64,000 nucleotides of DNA from Anaeramoeba ignava BMAN (lineage: Eukaryota; Protista; Anaeramoebae). Position numbers and translations under genes: made by a program. The DNA is taken from NCBI GenBank assembly GCA_028826165.1, contig JAPDFW010000055.1:567857-631856 (forward strand), in the 5' to 3' direction. Positions 53,322-64,000 of this stretch are shown here, one piece after another. The notes beneath the pieces are model-generated. The model saw nothing but the letters and a program-made list of their open reading frames with translations. It had not been told where the DNA came from and did not search any database. Positions within the stretch are counted from its first letter, which is position 1, and each line of letters opens with the position of its first letter.

Positions 53322-56081
53322 TTAAATTTTATTAAGTTTTAAATCTGATAAATTTGAAATTTGGTAAATAAAATATGCTCCAATTTTCTTTTGATTTTTA
53401 ATTTCTTCAATTTTAACTGTTTGTTTTTCAATTAAAAATTGAATACCTTGATCTAATTTATTAATTTCTTCTTCTTCTTCATTTTTTTCATTTTTTTCAT
53501 TTTTGTTTTTATATAAATTAATTTCTAAAATTCTTGATTTTAATAATAATAATTCTTCAATAATTTTCTTTTCATTTTTGTTTGTGTTTTTTGCTAATTT
53601 AGAAATTTCAAATATTTTGATACATTTCAAGATTTCTTTTAAGTTTTAATGCTTCAAGATGTGGTCTCATTTTGTTTTTAAATAATTCAATTTGATTTGA
53701 TAATTTTCTTTTAATCATGTTTTTAAAATTTTTTAAAATTGTGCTTGATAATGAAATATTCAATTGCTTCTTTTTTTATTTTGATAATGAAAATAATTCA
53801 ATTTTTAATGCTTTTTATTTTTAATTTTATTTTATTTTAAAATATAATTTTAATTTTTAAATTTTAATTTTAATTTTAATTTTAATAATTTTAATTATAA
53901 TTTTAATTTTAATTTTAATTTTTAATTTTATTTTTATTTTTAATTTTAATTTTAAATTTTTAATTTTAATTTCTAATTTTAATTTTTATAATTTTAATTT
54001 TAATTTTAATTTTAATTTTAATTTTAATTTTAATTTTAAATTTTAATTTTAATTTTAATTTTAATTTTTAATTTTAATTTTAATTTTAAATTTTAATTTT
54101 AATTTTTAATTTTAATTTTTAATTTTTAATTTTAATTTTAATTTTAAATATTTTAATTTTTAATATTTACCATTTCAATTTTTTCTTTTTAATTTGTGAT
54201 GAATATTTTTGATTCTAAATGTTTTTTCTAAAATTTTCTAATATTATATCAGGTATTTTAGAAAATTTATCTGATCCAAATACCCAACATATTGCAAGTA
54301 ATGAATACATTTGATCGACTTTTTTCATTATTGCTTCTTGTTGAAATTCTAATAAATCATTTTGTTTAACTCTTGAAAAATAACTTAAAAATTGATGCAA
54401 AATGTTTAATTCCATTTACAAATTGATTTGTCATTAAATAGCAAAATCCAACATTATAATGTAAACTCATACTACATCTTAATACTCTTGTATAAAAATC
54501 TCTTTCAAATAAATTGAAATTTTTAGCATATTGTAATGCAAGATTATAATCTCCAATTTGTGTATTAATTAAAAATTTGTCCAATCATTGAAAAATATCC
54601 TAATAAATTTTCAATTTTTGAATTTTTCTGGATTTTTGTAATTCATCAAATTTAGATATTTGACTAAGATTTTGTAATCTTTTCAAAACATTTTTGGATT
54701 CCAAATATCTTTATATTTGGTTGTTAATTCATTAATTTCATTTTTATCTCTTGGATATTTTAATTGATTTGTAAAAATTGAAAAGCTTTGAAATTGATAA
54801 ATGAATTCATCAATAATATCCCAACACCAATTTATCGGTAAATTTATACTTCTTTTATTTTGTGGTTGTTTTACTTTTTCAAATAATTCTTCATAATTTA
54901 AATATGATTTAACATAATATTCTAATGATGGTTTTTCTTTTGGAAAAGATATATCGATAATATAATTCTTGATATAAAAGTGGAAGAAGTTCATGTGTTT
55001 CTTGTGGTTGTTTTTGTCTTTTTTTAATTTTAATTTTAATTTTAATTTTTAATTTTATTTTTAATTTTAATTTTAATTTTAATTTTAATTTTAATTTTGA
55101 ATTTTAATATTAAATTTTAATTTTAATATTATTTATTTTATTTTTATTTTTATTTTTAATTTTTATTTTAATTTTAATTTTAATTTTAATTTTAAATTTT
55201 AATTTTTATAAATAAATATACTTTGAGAAATATTATGAATAAATTGAAGAATTTCTTGAGTATTTGGCCATAAACTAACTTGTATTTTTGATAATTCAAC
55301 AACTTTAATATTATAAAGATCATTTAATTTTGGTATATCATTATTTCTTAATCCATTATGAAGTTCAAATGTAAAATTTCGAAATTCTTTTTGAGCAATT
55401 TCTTTTTGTGTTTTTGGTTTATTTTGATTTTGATTTTGATTTTGATTTTGATTTTGATTTCTTTGATTTGGACTTTTATTTGGACTTCGATTTGGATTTC
55501 TTTGATTTTGATTTTGATTTCTTCGATTTCTTGAATTTCTTGAATTTCTTGGATTTCTTACATTTTGAAATTGATTTTGATTTTGATTTTGATTTTGATT
55601 TTGATTTTGATTTTGATTTTGATTTTGATTTTGATTTTGGTTTTGATTTCTTTGATTTCTTTGATTTCTTTGATTTCTTTGATTTCTTGAATTTCTTGAA
55701 TTTCTTACATTTTGAAATTGATTTTGATTTTGATTTTGATTTTGATTTTGATTTTGATTTTGATTTTGATTTTGATTTTGATTTTGATTTTGATTTTGAT
55801 TTTGATTTTGATTTTGATTTCTGTTTTTTTTATTATTATTAAAAAATAAATAATTTAAAAATAAAAATAAATTTGTTTTGTTTTTTTTTTGTGTTTTTTG
55901 TTTGTTTTTTGAATTGATTTAATGTTTAAAATAAATTAAATTTTAATTTAATAAAGAAATAAAAAGAAAAAAAAATTTTTTTTATTTTTTGTTTTTTTTG
56001 TTTATTTTTTTACTTTTGATTTTGATTTTGATTTTGATTTTGATTTTGATTTTGATTTTGATTTTGATTTTCTTGATTCAT
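53322..56081 (-). CDS. EIF3L: Second (inverted) copy of eIF3L with several indels
   Basis: ORF fragments 54683-54994, 54366-54584, 54215-54415 and 53322-53630 are near-identical to the first copy. Intact status is unknown. Confidence 0.75.
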
Positions 56082-56194
56082 TTTTAATTTAATTTTTTTT
56101 AATTTAAACTTTTATTTTTTATTTATTTTTGAAAAATAAAAAATGAAAAATAATAAAAATGAAAAAAAAATTTTGTTTGAATTTTGTTTTTATT

Positions 56195-57825
56195 GAATTA
56201 TAAATTGAATTAAAAAGAATTATTAATTTTAAATTATAAATTGAATTAAAAAGAATTATTAATTTTAAATTGTAAATTGAATTAAAAAGAATTATTGATT
56301 TTAAATTATAAATTGAATTAAAAAGAATTATTAATTTTAAATTATAAATTAAATTAAAAAGAATTATTAATTTTAAATTATAAATTAAATTAAAAAGAAT
56401 TATTAATTTTAAATTGTAAATTAAATTGAAAAGAATAATTAATTTTAAATTGTAAATTGAATTAAAAAGAATTATTAATTTTAAATTATAAATTGAATTA
56501 AAAAGAATTATTAATTTTAAATTATAAAATTAAATTGAAAAGAATTATTAATTTTAAATTATAAATTAAATTAAAAAGAATTATTAATTTTAAATTATAA
56601 ATTAAATTAAAAAGAATTATTAATTTTAAATTATAAATTAAATTAAAAAGAATTATTAATTTTTAAATTATAAATTGAATTGAAAAGAATTTATTAATTT
56701 TAAATTATAAATTGAATTGAAAAGAATTATTAATTTTAAATTATAAATTAAAAGAATTATTAATTTTAAATTGTAAATTGAATTAAAAAGAATTATTAAT
56801 TTTAAATTATAAATTAAATTGAAAAGAATTATTAATTTTAAATTATAAATTGAATTAAAAAGAATTATTAATTTTAAATTGTAAAATTAAATTGAAAAGA
56901 ATTATTAATTTTAAATTGTAAATTAAAATTGATTTTAAATTATAAATTGAATTGAAAAAGAATTATTGATTTTAAATTATAAATTGAATTGAAAAGAATT
57001 ATTGATATTGAATTGTAAATTGAATTAAAAAGAATTATTAATTTTAAAATTCATAAATTGAATTAAAAATTAATTTTAAATTATAAATTAAATTAAAAAG
57101 AATTATTAATTTTAAATTATAAATTAAAAAAGAATTATTAATTTTAAATTATAAATTAAATTGAAAAGAATTATTAATTTTAAATTATAAATTAAATTAA
57201 AAAAAAGAAATTAATTTTAAATTATAAATTGAATTAAAAAGAAATTAATTTTAAATTATAAATTGAATTAAAAAGGATTATTAATTTTAAATTATAAATT
57301 GAATTGAAAAGAATTATTGATTTTAAATTGTAAATTAAATTGAAAAGAATTATTAATTTTAAATTATAAATTAAATTAAAAAGAATTATTAATTTTAAAT
57401 TATAAATTAAATTAAAAAGAATTATTGATTTTAAATTGTAAATTAAATTAAAAAGAATTATTAATTTTAAATTATAAATTGAATTAAAAAGAATTATTGA
57501 TTTTAAATTGTAAATTAAATTAAAAAGAATTATTGATTTTAAATTGTAAATTGAATTAAAAAGAATTATTAATTTTAAATTGTAAATTGAATTAAAAAGA
57601 ATTATTGATTTTGAATTGTAAATTGAATTAAAAAGAATTATTAATTTTGAATTGTAAATTGAATTAAAAAGAATTATTGATTTTGAATTATAAATTAAAT
57701 TAAAAAGAATTATTAATTTTAAATTATAAATTAAATTGAAAAGAATTATTGATTTTGAATTATAAATTGAATTAAAAAGAATTATTAATTTTGAATTGTA
57801 AATTGAAATGAAAATTGTAAATTGG
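56195..57825 (-). repeat. Second copy of the 36-bp array
   Basis: Units of TTAAAAAGAATTATTRATTTTAAATTRTAAATTRAA. Confidence 0.92.
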
Positions 57826-57829
57826 AAAA

Positions 57830-60765
57830 TTATAAATTTCTTTGATTTGATTTGATTTGTTTGATTAAAATTGATGGAATTAAATCAGGATGTTGATAAT
57901 CAAGTTTGCCTGCAAAATCTTTTAAATCATCATAAATATGGAATAACCAAATATGATATGGTGTTGTATAACTTGCTGTTGTTGTTCTTGGTCTTGCTCT
58001 TCTTCTTGCCATCATTTTTGATCTATATCCAAATCTTCCTCCTCCTCCTCCTCCATATCCATATCCATATCCATATGAATATTGTGATGATAAATCAACA
58101 TTATGATGTGATGGTCCACTTTGATCTAATGGTTGTTGAAGTTGATTATAAAAATATCCATATTCTTGATTTAATAACATTTCAGGACAATTAAAAAAAT
58201 CTGGAATTCCTGGCACTTTTAATTCTTCTTCTTCTTTTTCTTCTTTTCCTCCTTTTTATCTTTTTATATTTTTTTCATTATCATCATATTCATCTTCATA
58301 TTCATCAGATTCTGATTCAATTTTGGCAAATATTGGTTTGCTTTTGGATTTAGCTCTTCCAAATACTTTTCTTTTAGCCATCATTTTAGGAACTGCTTTC
58401 ATTGATGTTGATTTCATTGAAGAAGATGTGTATCTTGGCCCAAATCCAAATGCTGGCTTTTTTGCTGCAAATCCTCCTCCATATTGATTTGAAAACATTT
58501 GATTTTGTTGTTGTAATAGTGATGTTGTTCCATATTGTGTAAATGGTGATAATCCAAATCCAAGATCTTCTGTTGATTGTTTTAATGTTGTTGGTTTTTC
58601 AACTCTATAATCTGAACTTTGTTTGAATGTGTAAATGTAAATATTAGGTTGAAATAATCCAAGCCCTCCACATTCTAATGGTAAGAAAATAAATCCTAAT
58701 GGAATATCTTTAATGTTTCCTTCTCCAAATTTTTCTAATATCTTTTCTTTAATTAATTTAACAATTCCTTTTTCTCCAAATATTTTTTTTCAATTCCTTT
58801 TTGATCTTTTTAGAAACATTATTAAGATGTTCTTTTTCTAAATAAACAAATATTCCTAAATTCTTGATAATATAATGAATATAACTATTCCATAATGAGA
58901 TAATTGTTAAAACTGGTGAATCAAATGAAATTGCATCTTTTAAATCCATCAAGAACTTCTTTTAAACTTTCATCACTTATTATCCAATCACAATCTTTTA
59001 ATTTTAATAATCCCCATTTGATTTCTTTTTGTTTTGTTTTCAAGTTCTTCAATTTTACTTCCATCACTAAATGAATATCCAGTTTTATCATAATTTAATT
59101 CAAATCCCATTTTAGAACAAAAAGTTTTCAATTTCTTTAAATGCTCTGGTTGTTTTCAGTATCAACTGTAATAAAGAAGATATCATCTAATGCTCTAATT
59201 AATTCAACATCGGTTTTTAAATACTGATACATCCATTAACCATAACATTAAATCACTAAATAAAATTGAAAGACTGTGATCTAATGGAATTCCTCTTTGA
59301 CAAACGTATGTTTTCTCCTTCAATATGAACAACTTCAAGAAATTTTCTAAAAATTCAACCAATCATCTGTAACTCCCTATTTTCTTAATATAAAGAAGTG
59401 TGCGTTGTGTTGAATTTTTGGGAAATAATCTTTTAATATCAGTTCTAAAAATGCTAATGATCTTTTCTGAAAAACAGCTCTTAAAATGATAATTCTCCAT
59501 TTAAATGGCATAATAATTTTTGAAAAGAATCAGGTCCTTTGTGTTTGATTTGTTGAAAATCTTGTTTGTCCATAATTATCAACAATATTTTGATAATCAT
59601 ATAAATTATCAGGGACAAAAATGGCATAAATAATGAATGTACTTTTTGTTTTCTGTATTGGATTGATGATGAATGATTGGAAAAAGAAGGGAAATTAATT
59701 CCAGAATGATGAAGTGTTCTTAAAATTTGTTTTAATTTCATTTGCCACTAATCCAATTAAATTAGTTTAAAACAAGTGTCATATAAAATCTTCTTTTCAA
59801 AATATTCCAAATCTTTTCTTGTAAAATACTTTAAGTGATGTTATTTCATTCCATTTAAATTTTAAATTTAGAAATTAAAATTGTTAAAGCACCAGTCCAT
59901 TCAGAAAGTTTTAATCTTGATCTAAGTATTCCAGATGTATTTTTGTCTAAAAAACCAGGGCATATGAATATTTTTACGAATAAAACTCAAAACATATTTT
60001 AATTCTTCTTCCTTGAACAAGTTATTAATTCATTTTTCAATAAAACTTTTAACATTTAATGACCCATTTTCTAAAATTTTGATCCATTAAATCAAAAATT
60101 GAATATATATTCTTCAGGGAAACTTCACTCTTCTTTCTTGTTTTGTTTTTAGGAGCCCATAATTTAGAATATTCTTTTTATGTTCTTCAAGTCTTTCTTT
60201 CCAAGTTTTTAACTGGTTCTTTTTTTCATCTTTTTCTCATCTTTTTCTCATCTTTTTCTTTTTCATCTTTTTCTTTTTCATTATTATTATTATTATTGTT
60301 ATTTCATTATCGTTGTTCTTTTTTTGTTTTTGTTATTTTTCTTCTTCTTTGTTGTCTTTCAATATATTGTTCTTCATCATAATTTGTTTGTTCTTCTATT
60401 ATTTTTCCATAAAGATAAACTAATTCTTCCTCTGTTTTAATTTGTTGTATTTGTTTTAATAACTTTTTGTTTTATGTTCATCAAGAATATTATCACAAAT
60501 TTTTGATTTTGTTGATATTATAAAAAGTGCAAACCAAGATCTATTGTCATGAAGTGATTCTTGTGCAAAATTTTGTTTCATTTAATCTTTTTTTGAAGTT
60601 GAGTTATATAATTAATTGATCATTTTCATGTTTTTATTCTTCCTTCAACTGAATTGAAATGTTCTTTTTATCTCCTCTAAATTCTTTTAATTTTTAATTT
60701 TTGATTTCTGCAATAATTTTATTACTTATAAGATCTTTCTTCTTCTTTGTTGTCTATCTGCACAT
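57830..60765 (-). CDS. rvt: Second (inverted) rvt copy, broken by many homopolymer indels (low-quality consensus or pseudogene)
   Basis: Fragments are near-identical to 39569-42512; the RALDD codons are retained near 59183-59197. Confidence 0.7.
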
Positions 60766-61031
60766 TTTTAATTTAATTTAAATTTAATTTTTAATTAAAG
60801 TTTTTGCTTTTTAAAAGAAAAATGAAAAATTTTATTTAAAAAGTATTTCTTTTTAATTAAAACATCTTTAAATACTGTTTTATTTTTAATTTTTATTTTA
60901 ATTTTTAATTTAATATTTATTTTGGTTTATTTATTCTAATATTTATTTATTCCATTTTTATATTTATTGAAAAATTGATTTGAAATTTGGTTTTTATTGT
61001 TTTAAAATAGAAATAAAATAAAAATAGAAAC

Positions 61032-63527
61032 TCAAATATAACCTTCTTGTATCATTTTTGATCAATTATCCAATCAAGAAACATCTTCAAAATTACTTGA
61101 ATTTGTAATTTAAACAGATTTTGAGCAATAGATTTATTAATCCTTACATTTAATTAATTGTATAATTAATTTTGTTGACGAATTTTCAAAGGATCTTTTT
61201 CTTTTATTTTTCTATTATCTTTTTCTTTTATCTTTTTCATTATTATTTTTTTTTATCTTTTCTATTATCTTTTTCTTTTTCTTTTCTTTTTCAATATCTT
61301 TATCTTTTTAAAACAGATGAAAAAGTTGTCTTAACTTTCTTTTCCAAACCAAGATAATTGTTCCTCAATTTCTCCAAAATATCAACATCTCTTTCGATTA
61401 AATTTGATTTTCTTTTTTTCTGTATAAATGGAACAATATCATCAGGTATTTTTGATCCAATTTCTGAAATTATTTGATAACATCCAATGCAAAAATCCAT
61501 TGAGTATTATATATCTTGAAATAACACTATCGTAATGTTTAAATCAATTTTTGAATTTGAATTATTGAATTTTATTTTGAGGTTTCGAATAAAATTTTTC
61601 CAAACATCTTTTTTGTGCTGTATTTTTGTATTTAGAAATATTAGTTTGTCGAGTTGCAAAATCATTTAAAATCTTTGAAATATCCATGAAATTTTTGTAG
61701 AATCCAATCATCGTCACCTCAATCCAATTATTCTCTTGAGTTTTATTTTTTTTAATGTTTCAACGATGTTGTCAAATTTTTTTTTCCGATTGAGTTAAAG
61801 TTGAGAATTTTTCAAATCTTTATTTTCTATCAAACATTTTTCTAAATTTTGGTCAATTTGATTTTTATATTCGATGAGAATTTTCGGTGTGAAAAAGATT
61901 GGATTACCCAAGAAAAGAATTTATGAAATTTATTTGAACCGTAAGAAAAGGGTAAGTAAATGGTGAATAAGAAAGGTTGGAAAGGGTTTCAGTGAAAAGA
62001 TAAAGGTAATCAAAAATTTTTTATTTATTTTTGGATTTTTGAATTTGATTTGATTTTCTTCTTGATTTTTATCTTGATTTTGAATTTGATTTTGATTTTA
62101 TTCTCGTTTGATTTTTATTCGGAATTTTGATTTTGATTTTCAATTCCTGATTTTTCTTTCAATTTGATTTTTATTTTGATTTTCAATTTGATTTTTATCT
62201 TCAATTTGATTTTTATCTTCATTTTGATTTTTATCTTCATTTTGATTTTGATTTTTGCCTTCATTGATTTTTATTTTGATTTTGATTTTTATCTTAGATT
62301 TGATTTTGATTTTTATTCTCATTTTTGATTTTTGATTTTCACTTGATTTTTTATCTTCATTTTGATTTTTATCTTCATTTTTATTTTTGATTCATTTTTA
62401 TTTTGATTTTGATTTTTGATTTTGATCTTGAATTTGATTTTTATTTTATCTTGGATTTTTATCTTGATTTTTGATTTTTAATTTTTATCTTTTCTTTTTT
62501 TGGAATAAATGTTTCTAATAAACTAGAATTAAAGAAATAATTAAGCTAAAGAAAGAAAAGAAAACAAAACTTGTGAGAATTGGAATTTATGAAATAAAAA
62601 TCTTTTTTTAAAATTGCTGTTTTAATAATAACAAGAACACCCTTCCAAAAATTCTAAATAAAATCTTAAAGAAAAACCTGATAAATAAAAATTATTAAAT
62701 TTTGGATTTTGAGGAATCGAATAAGTAAGTATTATTTAGTGTTTATAAACCGATTGAATAAATTGATGATTTGCAAAATCTTGTTCTTTGACCAACCACG
62801 AGTTAAAAGTTTTCCAATTTGATTTATCCATAAAAGGGAAGTTTGATAAAACACAAATAGCTTTTTTGAAGAATTGAATTTTCTTTTTTTAGCCAAATTT
62901 TATTAATTTTTTTATAAATTTAAATATAAAAATTAAAATTATTTATAAAATTATTTATAAAATTATTTATAAAATTAAATATAAAATTATTTTATAAAAT
63001 TATTTATAAAATTATTTATAAAATTATTTTATAAAATTGTTTTTATAAATTATTTATAAAATTAAATATAAAATTAAATATAAAAATTATTTATAAAATT
63101 ATTTATAAAATTAAATATAAAATCAAATATAAAAATAAATATAGCAAATTATTTATAAAATTAAATATAAAAGGAACATAAAATTAAATATAAAAATTAA
63201 ATATAAATTTATATATAAAATTAAATGGTTAAAAATTATTTATAAAATTAATCATAAAATTTACTCCATTTTGAATAGGATTGAAATAAAGAAATGCGTA
63301 AATGTAAAGATATTTTTGAGAAGAAGAAGGAAGTTGAGGAATTGAAAAACATAATTTCTTTTTCAGTTTGTTTAATTGCTTTTGAAAAAGACATAAAAAG
63401 TTTCAATCTATTTTCATTTGATGCATTTTTGATTTTTGATTTTCATTTAAATTTGGATAAGAATACATTAATTTTTATTTCCACTTGTAGGTAAACTAAT
63501 AATAATAACTCTTTGTATTAGTTTCAT
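61032..63527 (-). pseudogene. Second (inverted) AVL9-like copy, heavily frameshifted (probably noisy consensus)
   Basis: Colinear with 36712-39266 but with dense indels. Confidence 0.55.
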
Positions 63528-64000
63528 TTATTTAAAAATTATTCGTTTTAATTATTTGAAAGAAAAATGAAAAATAAAATAAAAATTGACTAAATTAGTA
63601 AAATTATTTTTAAATTACTAATTTTATTATTAAAAATATAAAATTTTATTAATTTTTCATTTTTCTTTCTTTCTTTCTTTTAATTAATTATTATTAAAAC
63701 AATTTCTTTATAATTTTTAAATAATTTTAAAATAAATTATTGGATGGAAACATTATGAATACAGACAGGTAAATTTAATCTTTATATTCAAAATTATAAT
63801 TATTTAACGATTTTAACACACAAATTTTTAAATTAAATTAAAATTAAATTGAATTAGAATAATTAAAATTCATTATTCAAGAAATTTCTTAAAACGAATT
63901 GTTTATTGTAATACAAAATTAAAATTAAATTTTAAAATTAAAAATTAAATTGAAAATAAAAATTTTAAATTGGCTTAAAATTGTATCTGAAATTGACATT

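Larger units (their letters stand above)
53215..64000 (-). repeat. Right arm of the inverted duplication; runs off the window end
   Basis: Reverse complement of about 36200-47190, with indel density increasing toward 64000. Confidence 0.95.

Noticed and set aside
53215-64000. Pure fold-back read artefact, or a large TIR transposon
   Set aside because: In-frame substitutions and repeat-number differences between the arms argue against a same-molecule fold-back. The arms contain housekeeping genes and no transposase.

Overview
Very AT-rich, gene-dense eukaryotic DNA with the standard code and GT-AG spliceosomal introns packed with simple repeats. The style (BTB-TLDc, RCC1-BTB and GSAP genes, NQ repeats) resembles the metamonad Anaeramoeba, but that assignment is an inference. 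Genes in order: prefoldin 4, BTB-BACK-TLDc, an ARM-RCC1-BTB fusion, EDC4-like, RFC3 with a large insert, a 4-TM hypothetical, TRM8, a second BTB-TLDc, an Asn-rich hypothetical, SH3BGR-like, V-ATPase c, Brr2, AVL9-like with UBA, an intronless rvt-class cellular reverse transcriptase followed by a 36-bp tandem array, eIF3L, and GSAP-like. After GSAP, about 11 kb (Brr2 exon 1, AVL9, rvt, array, eIF3L) is repeated in inverted orientation. That copy has a few in-frame substitutions plus indel noise that increases toward the window end. Main highlights: (1) the divergent rvt locus; (2) the inverted duplication, possibly a flipped GSAP allele; (3) three PIP-box-like motifs inserted in the clamp-contacting loop of RFC3; (4) one ARM repeat per phase-1 exon; (5) A-rich AAG 3' splice sites; (6) a TCATT initiator-like motif before most genes; (7) a GC-rich intronless 3' part of Brr2. 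Several single-base frameshifts and 'ghost' exons look like long-read consensus errors. All identifications come from reading motifs by eye; no searches were run.
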